In this document: positions 10,403 to 20,939 of the stretch, piece after piece
How positions within the stretch are numbered: position 1 is the first letter of the stretch
Layout of the letters: the number at the start of each line of letters is the position of its first letter
Source: Candidatus Heimdallarchaeota archaeon
Lineage (GTDB): Archaea > Asgardarchaeota > Heimdallarchaeia > JABLTI01
Reading direction: 5' to 3'
Length of the DNA stretch: 64,000 bases
Assembly: GCA_018238155.1 (NCBI GenBank)
Contig: JABCTZ010000032.1
Coordinates: 32,001-96,000, forward strand
Program-made: the position numbers and the translations under genes
The notes under the pieces: generated by a model
Told to the model about the DNA's origin: nothing
Seen by the model: the letters and a program-made list of their open reading frames with translations, nothing else
Databases searched by the model: none

Positions 10403-11131
10403 TTGGGTACAACCAAAAAGAATGTAAGTGATTTTATTGAAGAGTTAGCAAATTGGGATGTAGCCACTAGAGAGGAAGCAGCTAAAAATCTTGGCGATGT
10501 TGGTGATGACACTGCAATTGATCCCCTGCTAACAGCTTTGAAAGGCGATGAATCCGAAGATGTTCGTGCTGCTGCTGCAAGTTCTTTGGCTAAATTAGCT
10601 GATGGAAGCGAAATTCCAAAAGAACTTGGTAAAGCTATTTTCAAAGAAAATTCACCCATTGTTCGAAGAGCAATTGCTCATGCTCTCGGGGATATTGGAA
10701 ACACTATGACTGTCAAATTAATGCTTCCCTTATTAGAAAATGAAGAGTCGCATTGGGTTCGCGAAGTAGTTATTGAAGCGTTTGGTAAAAACGGTTCGGA
10801 AGATTTTGGTGAAATTATTTTTGAGCATCTCAAAACAGATCCATCTGAAGAAGTTCGTGTTCAAGCAGCAATTTCCTTATTAAAGTGTAAATCGAGTTTT
10901 GATTTGGATAGCATTTTATGTTGTTTTCAAGAAGAAGAGTCAGATGAAGTTAAGAGTCATATCACAGAATTAATCGCCAAAAAACCAGATGAAAAATCTG
11001 TTGAGTTCTTAACTAATGCACTAGAAAATGATGAATTTAAGCTTACACAAGCTGCTGTTGCAGAAGCTCTCCACAAAATAGCTATTAAATTAGGATACAA
11101 AGATGAAAATGAAATGCTGGATTCCCTTTAA
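10403..11131 (+). CDS. HEAT (PBS-lyase-like) repeat protein
   Basis: Repeated VRxxAAxxLG units. Confidence 0.85.
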   Translation: MGTTKKNVSDFIEELANWDVATREEAAKNLGDVGDDTAIDPLLTALKGDESEDVRAAAASSLAKLADGSEIPKELGKAIFKENSPIVRRAIAHALGDIGNTMTVKLMLPLLENEESHWVREVVIEAFGKNGSEDFGEIIFEHLKTDPSEEVRVQAAISLLKCKSSFDLDSILCCFQEEESDEVKSHITELIAKKPDEKSVEFLTNALENDEFKLTQAAVAEALHKIAIKLGYKDENEMLDSL

Positions 11132-11218
11132 ATCTAATCCATTTCTGTTTTATAAAAATAATTTATTAAGCATTAGCGTACTGTCTTGATTATGTTTCAT
11201 TTATTTTAGGTGTGCTCA

Positions 11219-12316
11219 ATGGATAAGAAAAATGATAAACCGATTATCGAACAGCGAAAAGATGATCATCTTGAAATTTGCTGTAGTGATAAATATGATG
11301 TTGAAATGTCTATTAGTAATGGTTTTGAGGATATCCTTTTTGTCCCTCGCGCAATCCCTGAGATAGATTTTGATAAGATTAATATTGAAAGTAATTTCCT
11401 AGGACATCATTTCTCATCACCAATTTTTCTTTCATCAATGACGGGTGGAGTACAAGAAGCAAAGAGTATGAATGAAAAAATTGCTCGAATTGCTGAGAAG
11501 CTTCAAATTGGTATGGGTGTAGGAAGTCAACGTGCTGCGTTATTGGATCCTTCTTTAGCAGATACTTTTTCCATTGTGCGAGAAGTGGCTCCTACAGCAT
11601 TTATTGCTGCAAATATTGGAGCAGTACAGCTAAATTATAATGTCACAATCAAACAAGTCAAAAAAACAGTTGAAATGATACAAGCAGATGCACTCATTTT
11701 ACATCTTAATCCTTTACAAGAAGTAGTTCAACCTGAAGGCGATAGAAATTTCGAAAAGCTTTTACCTAAAATAGCTAAATTGAGCAAAGAGCTTAGTTGT
11801 CCATTAATTGCAAAAGAGGTTGGTTCTGGTATTGCAATTGAAGATGGCAATGCACTTATCGAGGCAGGTATTCAAGTAATTGATGTCGCCGGTGCCGGAG
11901 GGACGAGTTGGTCAAAAATAGAAGCAATTCGTGCTCAACAACAAATGAAGTTTACTAATCAAAAAATAGGCGAATTATTTGGAAATTGGGGTTTATCAAC
12001 TGCTGTTAGTACTTTAGAAATATCTAAGCTTTCAGAAAATGTGGAAATAATTTCCTCTGGTGGAATTAGAAATGGGTTAGAAGCTGCAAAAGCATTAGCT
12101 CTAAAAGCAAATTTAGTTGGTATGGCTTTACCAATTGCTCAAATATTGAAGGACGGAACCGAAATACAATTAATAGAAAGCATCACTCTTTTTATTCAAG
12201 AACTAAAGACTGCGATGTTCCTTGTAGGAGCAACAAACCTCAAAGATCTGAGATCTGTGCCTTTAGCAATTGTAGGGAAAACAGCTCAGTGGTTATCTGC
12301 CCGAGGTTTTGATTAA
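11219..12316 (+). CDS. fni: Type 2 (FMN-dependent) isopentenyl-diphosphate isomerase
   Basis: RKDDHL, MTGG, MGVGSQRA, ANIGAVQ, HLNPLQE, KEVG, GAGGTSW; ATG 11219 follows AGGTG SD. Confidence 0.95.
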   Translation: MDKKNDKPIIEQRKDDHLEICCSDKYDVEMSISNGFEDILFVPRAIPEIDFDKINIESNFLGHHFSSPIFLSSMTGGVQEAKSMNEKIARIAEKLQIGMGVGSQRAALLDPSLADTFSIVREVAPTAFIAANIGAVQLNYNVTIKQVKKTVEMIQADALILHLNPLQEVVQPEGDRNFEKLLPKIAKLSKELSCPLIAKEVGSGIAIEDGNALIEAGIQVIDVAGAGGTSWSKIEAIRAQQQMKFTNQKIGELFGNWGLSTAVSTLEISKLSENVEIISSGGIRNGLEAAKALALKANLVGMALPIAQILKDGTEIQLIESITLFIQELKTAMFLVGATNLKDLRSVPLAIVGKTAQWLSARGFD

Positions 12317-12343
12317 AGGCAATTAAATTCGGAGTTTATACAA

Positions 12344-13183
12344 ATGAGCAATCTACCTGACGATGATTCCCCAATAAAAGAAAATTTAGAACCACTGATC
12401 ATCATTTTGAAAACAGATTCAGATTGGAATAAGCGTTTTGGTGCAGCTAGTAAGCTTTATCGTTTGGGTCAAGAGAAAGCAATAGACCCACTTATCCATT
12501 CTTTACAATATGATTCTAATACTGAAATAAGACGATTTTCTGCTGATTTACTTGGAAAATTAGCTGATCCCAGAGCTACCTGGGCATTAGTAGCATCCTT
12601 CAGACAGAGCCTTATTGATAAGGATACCACAATGACTCATCATACAAGTGAAGCATTATTACGCATTAAAGGTACTGATCTTCCTTCCATCTTAACAAGT
12701 ACTGTTGAAGACAAAGGAGAAGTATTTGAAGTTCGAATTAAATCACTTGAATTGTTAGGTAAACTTGGAGATAATATAAGCGTTCAATGGTTAATCGCTC
12801 TCATCAAAAATCCTGAAACTGATGGAAAAATACGTGGAAAGGCAATCCAAGAATTAACTTATACTGGTAACCTCGCCGGATTACAACTTATACTTGATCA
12901 GTTAGAATTAACAAAACGAAAAGATTTCCAGATTATCGTAATTCAAGCTTTAAGTAAAACTCCTTTCAAGAATAAGACCATTGCCATTAGAATTGGTGAA
13001 ATTTTGCTCGGAATATCTGAGCAAGAAGAAGCTAAGAAAAACAAAAAAGATCAAGATTTGTTAAATCTTATTGTTACAACACTTAAGAGTCTAGCCAAGA
13101 ATATTGATCTTTCATTCAAGGAATTTATGGATGAATTAATTATAGTAAGAAATAAAATGAAAGAACAAAAAAAGACAAATTGA
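12344..13183 (+). CDS. HEAT repeat protein
   Basis: RFGAASKLYRLG, IRRFSADLLGKL, VRIKSLELLGKLG repeats. Confidence 0.8.
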   Translation: MSNLPDDDSPIKENLEPLIIILKTDSDWNKRFGAASKLYRLGQEKAIDPLIHSLQYDSNTEIRRFSADLLGKLADPRATWALVASFRQSLIDKDTTMTHHTSEALLRIKGTDLPSILTSTVEDKGEVFEVRIKSLELLGKLGDNISVQWLIALIKNPETDGKIRGKAIQELTYTGNLAGLQLILDQLELTKRKDFQIIVIQALSKTPFKNKTIAIRIGEILLGISEQEEAKKNKKDQDLLNLIVTTLKSLAKNIDLSFKEFMDELIIVRNKMKEQKKTN

Positions 13184-13245
13184 CAATTAATTAATTTTGA
13201 AGGAAAGATTTAAAATAGCCTTCTTCTTGTTTCCACTTAGAATTA

Positions 13246-13305
13246 CCTCGGCAATGACCAGCTAATTGATTTATCTATATCGATTAGCGATGAGGAAGCA
13301 CGAGG
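13246..13305 (+). promoter_or_regulatory. Structured 5' leader of rpl7ae (kink-turn-like, probable autoregulatory element)
   Basis: cctcg/cgagg outer stem, 10-bp inner stem 13261-13270/13279-13288, internal loop with AATGA and GATGA; TATA-like tttaaaat near 13208. Confidence 0.65.
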
Positions 13306-13317
13306 AGGATAATAATA

Positions 13318-13689
13318 ATGAGTAAACCATTTTATGTTAACGTAGATATTCCAGTAGAATTGAAGCAAGAAGCTCTAAAGATTCTCGAAAAAGCAAGAGA
13401 CACTGGTAAAACAAGAAAAGGTACCAATGAAACGACTAAAGCAATTGAAAGAAATCAAGCTAAATTCGTTTTGATTGCAGATGATGTACAACCACCCGAA
13501 ATTGTTGCACATTTACCACTTCTCTGTGAAGAAAAGAATATTCCATATGTCGTTTGTGGTTCTAAAAAAGACATTGGTAAAGCCCTAGGATTAGAAGTAC
13601 AATCTTCAAGTGCAGGCATCTTGAATCCTGGTAGTGCAAAAGAAGCTTTAGCAGCATTAGCAAAAAAACTTACTGCTTTAAAGAAATAA
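13318..13689 (+). CDS. rpl7ae: 50S ribosomal protein L7Ae (eL8)
   Basis: RKGTNETTKAIER, IADDVQPPEIVAHLPLLCEEK. Confidence 0.97.
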   Translation: MSKPFYVNVDIPVELKQEALKILEKARDTGKTRKGTNETTKAIERNQAKFVLIADDVQPPEIVAHLPLLCEEKNIPYVVCGSKKDIGKALGLEVQSSSAGILNPGSAKEALAALAKKLTALKK

Positions 13690-13719
13690 GATAACTAACT
13701 CAAAAGGCAAGTGAAAATT

Positions 13720-13971
13720 ATGAGTAGAAGAAGACAAGCTCCAAGAGACACTGGCACTGGACAAGATAGAGGATTTCCAGCTGAAATAGTTCAAGTTGTA
13801 GCTCGTACTGGTGTTACTGGTGAAGTTCTCCAATGCAAGGTTCGTGTATTAGAAGGACCAGACCGTATGAGAATTATGACACGTAACGTTAAAGGTCCTA
13901 TAAGAGTTGGTGATATTCTGATCCTTCGCGAAACTGAACGTGAAGCTCGCAGAATGAGAGGACGAAGATAA
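13720..13971 (+). CDS. rps28e: 30S ribosomal protein S28e
   Basis: [14 protein letters not shown]...[24 protein letters not shown]; conserved gene order. Confidence 0.96.
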   Translation: MSRRRQAPRDTGTGQDRGFPAEIVQVVARTGVTGEVLQCKVRVLEGPDRMRIMTRNVKGPIRVGDILILRETEREARRMRGRR

Positions 13972-13987
13972 TCGGAGTAGATTTACT

Positions 13988-14206
13988 ATGAAAGAACAAA
14001 CATGTGCTTTTTGCGCTAAAATCATAGAATCTGGAACAGGAACAATGTATGTAAAAAACGATGGTTCTGCTCTCTGGTTCTGTTCTCGCAAATGCAGAGT
14101 ATCTATGATAGATTTCAAACGGAACCCACGAAAACTCAAGTGGACAGAAAGATACGAGCAGAAAATACTTACTGGTGGACGATCTCGAAGAAGAGGAAGG
14201 AGATAA
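13988..14206 (+). CDS. rpl24e: 50S ribosomal protein L24e
   Basis: CAFC...GTGTMYVKNDG...FCSRKC...RNPRKLKWT. Confidence 0.96.
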   Translation: MKEQTCAFCAKIIESGTGTMYVKNDGSALWFCSRKCRVSMIDFKRNPRKLKWTERYEQKILTGGRSRRRGRR

Positions 14207-14383
14207 TCTCCTTATTCTTTGTGTGAGATACACACCATTCTTTTCATTTTTATCTTTTTTAATCTAGTTTAACCATATTTTAGATGCCAAATTTCTTTTT
14301 GTTAATAACAACAAATTCTTAATATAATACGCCGAATACACAATTAGTTGAAAGAATCATCTATCTAATCTCAATCAATTAAG

Positions 14384-15016
14384 GTGTTAGAAGAAATGAA
14401 ATACCAAGCAGAACTAGAAAAAGCTCAAAATTTTGTCTCCGAAGGGAAACATCTGAAAGCAGCAAAAATCTTTGAAGAAGTCGGCACAAAAAGTCTAAGA
14501 GAAGGTGGAGATGCTGAGAAGAAATCTGCTCCCAAAATTATTGCTAAAAGTATTGCAAGATATATGCTTGCCGGAGAAATTTCCAAAGCTCAAGATTTAG
14601 CTTTTCAAGTAATTTTCATGAAGGAAAGCGACCCATTTCTTTCTCTCCAAATTGAAACAGCAATATCGACAAAAAAGGAATTGATTCGAGCTTTTATTGT
14701 TAAAAAAATTCCTAAAAAAATAACTGAAGATTATGAAGTTTTAACTCAAATCCCACAGAATAGAAAAGTGTTGAAAATTGCAAGTGAAGTTGTAATCAAG
14801 AATATGTGGGAATGGACAAACTTTAGTACTATAAAAAAGAAATATGATTTAATAGATCAGAAATATGCAAGTCCAAAAGAAATGATTAATTTTATCCTTG
14901 CAACAAAAACAGGCGTAACTCTGGTGGGTGCAGAAGCAGAAAGTGGTGAAAAATTATTAGTTTTATTTGCTGTGACATTCAATCAAGATCCAGTAGAAGT
15001 TATTGGCCCAAAATAA
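14384..15016 (+). CDS. Hypothetical protein (helical, TPR-like N-terminus)
   Basis: 210-aa ORF with normal composition; no recognised family. Confidence 0.6.
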   Translation: MLEEMKYQAELEKAQNFVSEGKHLKAAKIFEEVGTKSLREGGDAEKKSAPKIIAKSIARYMLAGEISKAQDLAFQVIFMKESDPFLSLQIETAISTKKELIRAFIVKKIPKKITEDYEVLTQIPQNRKVLKIASEVVIKNMWEWTNFSTIKKKYDLIDQKYASPKEMINFILATKTGVTLVGAEAESGEKLLVLFAVTFNQDPVEVIGPK

Positions 15017-15065
15017 GCTGAAAAGGTCGAGTTCTTTTCGCTTTGATTTTTTTTGAGAAAAAAGT

Positions 15066-15370
15066 GGCAAAACCCCAAACTCGAAATCTCAATTAAAGCC
15101 CCGCTGCCGCCGGTTACCTCCGCGCCGCACCCCTAGAGGCGTGCTTAACGAGGTTGACGGACGCTCGCTTCCGCGCCTAACCGAATTGACCTCTACGCTT
15201 TCTAACCTTTCCCTCCGGAGAAGGCTTCAACGATTAAACACCTTCCAGGACGTCGCTTCGACGGTTTCCGACGGGCGCTTGAATTAATATCAACACCTAA
15301 TTTGGGCATTTGGTCGGTTATAGAGCGTTTACCGTTATAGGGGAGCCCTAGACCCCCACCTAGTCTTGCC
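15066..15370 (-). ncRNA. ffs: Archaeal SRP (7S) RNA
   Basis: GC-rich island of ~305 nt; 5' GGCAAGACUAGG pairs with 3' UUUGCC; helix 6 CCGGAGG and helix 8 AGGCGCGGAAGCGAGC; TATA tttttaaa about 25 nt upstream. Confidence 0.92.
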
Positions 15371-15452
15371 AAGTATTTTTTTGCCTCTTTGCTTTAAAAA
15401 GAATTCTGTTTACTGTGAATTTATATTTGAAAGGGGAAATAATCTTTGCGTT

Positions 15453-16508
15453 CTATTTTGAATGATATGGTGAAGAAGCTGCTTTCTCTATCTCAAAATC
15501 AGTATTGAAAAGAATATCAATCATTTGACAACCTATACATATTACTCCAGTTGAAAGTTCACCACATTTTTCACATAATTGGAATTGCTTTTGCTTCGAG
15601 GGAATATTTTTTGATATAGCTTTCTCTCCACAAAGTCTACTGATTTTTTCCATTCCATTTCGAACACAATTTAATGATCCTGGATATTTGTCCTCAATTT
15701 CAATCAAGAAGTTACGGACATCTAAACGCATTGCTTCTACAGAGTAAGGACATTCTGTTGTGTGATAAGTAATTTCATTATAGAAAGCATATAATACAAC
15801 ATCTCTTTCTGCTACTGCTTGCAAAGGTTTGACCCTTGGAATGAGCAATTCATGAGTTTTTTCGGGTTTTAAGTCTCCACGAATAAGTTTGGAAGAATCT
15901 CCACGGAGAAGATTCAACATAATTGTTTGAGATACATCACTGAGATTATGACCTGTAGCTACTTTATCGCCATCTAGTTTTCTAGCTGCTAGATTAATTG
16001 CTTTTCTTCGAAATACTCCACAATATGAACATGGTCCATGTTGAATTTTTTTTGTTTTCCTTGTAGATGGTAATAGAGTTTGCAATTCTCTCGAGCGCTG
16101 AACAATGTCGTCTAATGAATAACCAAAAAGTTCTTTGAATGAAAATAAATGATACTCAATATCTAATTTTTTAGCATTCATTTCAGCTATTGGTAAACCA
16201 TCATCTCGATATCCATCAATTCCTTCATCAATACAAACAGCAATTAATTCTGAGGGATATTTTTTCTGGATGTGATTAAGAATATCTAATAGAACAGTGC
16301 TGTCCTTTCCACCAGATAGTCCAACAATAATTCTATCATTTCTTTCGAACATCTTCTTTTGTTTAATAGATTTTCTAACTGTAGAGAGAACCCATTTACT
16401 AAAACAATCTTTACAAAAATATCTACCATCTGTTTTTCTGTATGTTATCGCTAGTTTTGAACATGTATAACAAGTTGGCAGGTTTTTAGACATGGATACA
16501 TTCTCCAA
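15453..16508 (-). CDS. tRNA 2-thiolation protein, Ctu1/Ncs6/TtuA family
   Basis: SGGKDS PP-loop, IDEGI, CSYCGVFRR, TGHN, CPY, N- and C-terminal zinc fingers. Confidence 0.9.
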   Translation of the reverse strand: MENVSMSKNLPTCYTCSKLAITYRKTDGRYFCKDCFSKWVLSTVRKSIKQKKMFERNDRIIVGLSGGKDSTVLLDILNHIQKKYPSELIAVCIDEGIDGYRDDGLPIAEMNAKKLDIEYHLFSFKELFGYSLDDIVQRSRELQTLLPSTRKTKKIQHGPCSYCGVFRRKAINLAARKLDGDKVATGHNLSDVSQTIMLNLLRGDSSKLIRGDLKPEKTHELLIPRVKPLQAVAERDVVLYAFYNEITYHTTECPYSVEAMRLDVRNFLIEIEDKYPGSLNCVRNGMEKISRLCGEKAISKNIPSKQKQFQLCEKCGELSTGVICIGCQMIDILFNTDFEIEKAASSPYHSK

Positions 16509-16537
16509 ATAGACAAAAATAACTGCCTATTTTTAAT

Positions 16538-17716
16538 TTAACCTATGGGTACAAAACCATAACGTACCAACGGTAAAATGAGATTTGCTAAGAATAGTAA
16601 AACTGCTAGAAATCTTAAGACGCTAATTATGATTAAAGCTACTTTTTGATTTTTCATGTAGTGTGAAAGAAATGATGTGAGCATTTTATCCCCATCAAGC
16701 ATGAATGGAATGGGTAGAGCATTAAATAATACTGAACCAAAGCTTACAACTAACATCCACATTGTTTGCTGAGCAAAGTGAAATGGGAAGAATTTTCCTG
16801 GGAAAATAAATTTAGGTTCTTGATACGTTAGAGTTTTAACGCCCAAGAATCCAATGGATTCATTTACAGTATTCGTTCCTAAATGAATATTAATCACTCC
16901 ATCTGAAGTATTAACAACGATTAAATCATTAGGTTGAGTTTTCATTATATAATTAGAGAAAGTCTCAACATTTGCCATGTGAGTAGTATTAATATCAAAC
17001 ATAACTGTTCCTTTTTTCAATCCCGCAGAACTTGCCGGCGAATCATCCACTACTTCGAATATCAAAACTCCATCAGGACCGTTGTAGAATGGTGCGAGAA
17101 TATTAGAAGAAAAGATCATCACAGGAATAACTAATAAACCTAAAATAACATTGGGAAACATACCTGCTGCAAAAGTTCTCATTTTTGTTAATGCAGATGC
17201 TTTCATCAATGATTCTTCATCTGGTTCTACAAATGCGCCAAAAAAGACTGCAAAGAAGAGAAGACCTGTCGATTTTAATTCTACTCCATCTGCATGACTT
17301 ACTACGCCATGTGCAAACTCGTGGGGAATCATTACTAAAATTAATGGAATGATGAGATAAAGAAAAGTTTTGAAAGAGATTGTAACACCTGGAATGATTA
17401 GACCAACTGTTGCTCCACCTGTATCCATAGCTGGATTTGGTAGAAAGAAATCAACCAGTGTGTAGAGAAACAACCCCATTGATGCGAACATTAATCCAAA
17501 ACCAACAAAGATAGAAATGTTACCAATTAAACGCCAAAATCGCGCATATTTCTTTGCTACTCTTTTGATAAAATTGTTAAATCGTTTTGTTCTCATTAAT
17601 AGAAATAAAGGACCAATTGTCCAATTGTATTTCTCATCCAATTTGAGATATCTAGCAACAATATAAACTATAAACCAAGCTACTGCTAAAATCAACAATG
17701 TATACCCGATTTTCAT
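16538..17716 (-). CDS. Site-2 protease (M50) with PDZ insert
   Basis: HEFAH, GAFVEPDEE, AAG..N, PDZ (DSPASSAGL), NALP...LDG. Confidence 0.92.
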   Translation of the reverse strand: MKIGYTLLILAVAWFIVYIVARYLKLDEKYNWTIGPLFLLMRTKRFNNFIKRVAKKYARFWRLIGNISIFVGFGLMFASMGLFLYTLVDFFLPNPAMDTGGATVGLIIPGVTISFKTFLYLIIPLILVMIPHEFAHGVVSHADGVELKSTGLLFFAVFFGAFVEPDEESLMKASALTKMRTFAAGMFPNVILGLLVIPVMIFSSNILAPFYNGPDGVLIFEVVDDSPASSAGLKKGTVMFDINTTHMANVETFSNYIMKTQPNDLIVVNTSDGVINIHLGTNTVNESIGFLGVKTLTYQEPKFIFPGKFFPFHFAQQTMWMLVVSFGSVLFNALPIPFMLDGDKMLTSFLSHYMKNQKVALIIISVLRFLAVLLFLANLILPLVRYGFVPIG

Positions 17717-17926
17717 AGTTTACAGTCTCACAATGAATTTTTCTAAGCAAAACATCTGAAGCTTGTCTTCTTTTAAAAAAGCTGCTATAACTTTCTAGGG
17801 AAATATATATTATCTCTCTTTGGATTTTATCGGCTAAGTGTTTATAATGAACAAGGTAAAATATTACTCGAGACAATATCAAAGAATGATCAAATATTAA
17901 GTAACAAATAATTGTAGGTTTGAATT

Positions 17927-18646
17927 ATGAAACGAAGAGGTTCTGGTGTGAAAACAACAGAAATTGCTGATATATCTGAAATATCTTACTCAATGAAACA
18001 TTGGAAGATACTCAAAGAAAAAAGAGATCTTGCTATCGATATTATGGAAAAATTAGCTACAAATAATATTCAAACACTCATTTACGGATCTATATGTCGT
18101 GGTGACGTTTCTGAAAAAAGTGACATTGATCTGTTCATTCCATTTCAAATTTCTTCATTCAAATTAGAATTAACTCTAGAACAAAAAAATCTTAATATTT
18201 TCGAAAAGAGAATTGTCCAAGCCACACCAAAACATCTAGTAAAAGCACATGTTTATTTGAGTGAACTTATTTGTATAACCTTTCCATTAACCTCAATGAG
18301 AGAGCGGGAATTTGATTTCATTCGTTTTGGTGGCACCTTAACTTTAGACGATCTTTTGGAAAATCGTAGAGTTCCCGGAGTGGATAAACGATTAATGTTG
18401 ATAGAACCAACCGAAATTGGTCATAAAGAATCTCCTATTATTGGATTGGAAGCCATAGTTGCAAAGAAAGTGGGAGTCAATGTTGAACTAATTAAAGAAC
18501 GAGTTAGAGTGTTAACAACTCGAGACAAAGTAGGTCGTACAGGTGTTTATCTTAATCATCCATTAGCTCCTGATGAAAACATTGAAGAAATTTTTAAACA
18601 AATTGTTGATTCTGACCCCATAGTAAGAAGAAGAGCAAAAATATAG
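17927..18646 (+). CDS. Archaeal pol-beta-superfamily nucleotidyltransferase
   Basis: YGSICRGDVSEKSDID; VQATP; RVPGVDKRL; RDKVGRTGV. Confidence 0.85.
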   Translation: MKRRGSGVKTTEIADISEISYSMKHWKILKEKRDLAIDIMEKLATNNIQTLIYGSICRGDVSEKSDIDLFIPFQISSFKLELTLEQKNLNIFEKRIVQATPKHLVKAHVYLSELICITFPLTSMREREFDFIRFGGTLTLDDLLENRRVPGVDKRLMLIEPTEIGHKESPIIGLEAIVAKKVGVNVELIKERVRVLTTRDKVGRTGVYLNHPLAPDENIEEIFKQIVDSDPIVRRRAKI

Positions 18647-18674
18647 TTGATTAAATAGTAATGAAATAATTCAT

Positions 18675-19820
18675 GTGATTGTTATGAAAAAGAAAATTAG
18701 ACCATTACAAGGTGGTTCCTACATCAAAGGAACATTGCCAAAAGGTTGCAAACTTTGTAGAAGAGGTGCTCAGTTATTCTTTCTGATTTCAGGAAAATGC
18801 AGTGAAAATTGTTACTATTGTTCATTGACTAAAGATAAACGAGGTGGGGATATCATTTTAGCGAATGAACGTCCAATAACTAATTTTTCTGGAGTGATGT
18901 TAGAAAAAACAAATATGAATGCACTTGGTGCTGCAATTACAGGTGGAGACCCCTTAGAGACAATTGATCTTACTATAGAATACATAACTAATATGAAGAA
19001 GGAATTTGGGAAAAAATTCCATACTCATCTTTATACTTCCGGACGTTTTGCAACGGAAGAAAATCTACAAAAACTAAGTGATGCCGGTTTGGATGAAATA
19101 CGATTCCATCCTCAAAATAGAGAACAAGAAAAAAATATTGAGAAAGCGTTATTTCATAACTGGTCCATTGGTGCAGAAATACCCATTATTCCAAATAATA
19201 AAGAAAAAACATTAAAATTCATGGATTATCTCGAGAGTCTTGAATTTGTTAAATTCTGCAATTTTAATGAGCTAGAAGCTACTGAAGCGAATATTAAGAA
19301 TTTGACTAAAAGGGGTTTTATTCTAAAAACTGAAGATTCATCAGCAATTGAAGGAAGCGAAGCATTAGCTTTAGAGATTCTTGAAGAAACGGATTACAAT
19401 TTCACTCTACACTATTGTAGCTCTTTTTCAAAAGATGCTGTTCAATTTAGAAATCGCTTGCTGAGAACAGCTAAAGTTGTTAAGAAACCCTTTGAAGAAA
19501 TTCAAGATGGAATGCTAGTTAAAGCGGTAATAACTGCACCAAATTATACCATTCCAGAAGAAATAGTTGAAGCGTTAATTGAAGAGTATGAAATTGAACA
19601 AGAAATGATTTTCTTACGTCCTGATAAAAAGATTGAAACAAGCTGGTATATTGCAGATGTCTTGAGAGATGTTTTGTTTGACCGTTACGATTTGACGGAT
19701 ATCGATATTATTTATGAATATCCTACTTATGGTAGAACGATCATTGCAAAAGGATCCCTAAGGGAACTTTCGCTAGCAAAAGACGCAATGGAATCCTCAA
19801 AAAACAAAGAAAAGAAATAA
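18675..19820 (+). CDS. Radical SAM protein (conserved archaeal family)
   Basis: GCKLC, CSENCYYC, ITGGDP, HLYTSG, GLDEIRFHP. Confidence 0.88.
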   Translation: MIVMKKKIRPLQGGSYIKGTLPKGCKLCRRGAQLFFLISGKCSENCYYCSLTKDKRGGDIILANERPITNFSGVMLEKTNMNALGAAITGGDPLETIDLTIEYITNMKKEFGKKFHTHLYTSGRFATEENLQKLSDAGLDEIRFHPQNREQEKNIEKALFHNWSIGAEIPIIPNNKEKTLKFMDYLESLEFVKFCNFNELEATEANIKNLTKRGFILKTEDSSAIEGSEALALEILEETDYNFTLHYCSSFSKDAVQFRNRLLRTAKVVKKPFEEIQDGMLVKAVITAPNYTIPEEIVEALIEEYEIEQEMIFLRPDKKIETSWYIADVLRDVLFDRYDLTDIDIIYEYPTYGRTIIAKGSLRELSLAKDAMESSKNKEKK

Positions 19821-19862
19821 ACTATCTAATTTTTTATATATTGAGCGATATATGCTTAAACT

Positions 19863-20528
19863 ATGACCCGCCTAAATTACGATAAAGTATCATTCCCAAT
19901 TTGCCTAACATTAGGAACAATATTGATGGCAGGTATATTACTTTCAATCGATTTCCTATTTGCAGGAATTCAAGAATTATATCTCTCCAACATAAATCTC
20001 GATTACATCCCTGATAAACAATTAGCAACAATAGTGATTATTTCAAGTTCGATTGCTTTAGTTGTAGGTGCAGTTTTGTATCTCTTGAATGTCTGGCTAT
20101 TAATTCGGAAAAAGAAGATACATAAGCAACTTGTTGATGATCAAATTATCGATCAAGATGAAAGTGTTAATTTTAGAACACTTCAAGTAGAAATTTCTAG
20201 CTCGATAAAAATATTGAGAGATTTGTTTGGTTTTTTAGTAATTGTTGTTCTTTTATCTGGATTATTTAGCTTCTTTCGATTTATCTGGATGATTAGCAAA
20301 TACCGTCTTTATTCAGAACTTTTTATCCACTATTTTCTAAGTAACACTAGCTCGATAATTATAAGCATCTCATTATATATTGCAATTGGTTTGATGATGA
20401 CTTATTTGGTTATTACTTCTCTCCAAAAATACCAAAGATTACAAATTATAGCTGAAAATTATGATGTAGCAATGGACAAAGCATTAGGAAATTTCGGTAA
20501 ACTCATGAGTGAAGATTCTGAAAAATAA
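19863..20528 (+). CDS. Four-TM membrane protein
   Basis: Four hydrophobic segments. Confidence 0.7.
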   Translation: MTRLNYDKVSFPICLTLGTILMAGILLSIDFLFAGIQELYLSNINLDYIPDKQLATIVIISSSIALVVGAVLYLLNVWLLIRKKKIHKQLVDDQIIDQDESVNFRTLQVEISSSIKILRDLFGFLVIVVLLSGLFSFFRFIWMISKYRLYSELFIHYFLSNTSSIIISISLYIAIGLMMTYLVITSLQKYQRLQIIAENYDVAMDKALGNFGKLMSEDSEK

Positions 20529-20612
20529 GAACGTTGAATGAGTATCTCAAGTGACTATTGAGCGAAAGAAAAGGTGAATGATAAATTAGTTCGTTAATGA
20601 GGATGATATCTC

Positions 20613-20939
20613 TTGAAGCGTAGAAGCGATGATTTGGATAAATGGATTGCTATTCTCTCTAAATTAGCTCAAAGTGAGGATGGTATTGCAGATGATAAAA
20701 AGTTAGGTCTATCATTCTATGCAATTCGTAGCTCTACTGTTGGTGATTATCACAAATTAATTGATATTTTAGAAGATATGGCTAAGAAAGAATTTATAGA
20801 AATTGTTGAAGATTTTAAGGATAAAAATAATGAAACCGAAGTGAAAGTAGTAAGATACAAGATAACGCTAAAAGGAATAAAGACCTTATTTGGAGTGTTA
20901 ATTCCTGCAAGAGATGCACTAAGGGGATTAGATTTCTAA
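20613..20939 (+). CDS. Small winged-helix DNA-binding protein
   Basis: LEDMAKKEFIE...RYKITLKG wing signature; TTG start with SD. Confidence 0.65.
   Translation: MKRRSDDLDKWIAILSKLAQSEDGIADDKKLGLSFYAIRSSTVGDYHKLIDILEDMAKKEFIEIVEDFKDKNNETEVKVVRYKITLKGIKTLFGVLIPARDALRGLDF

Noticed and set aside
15066-15370. GC-rich island as RNase P RNA
   Set aside because: Lacks the GAGGAAAGUCC / AAACAGAA P4 signatures, while SRP helix 6 and 8 motifs are present
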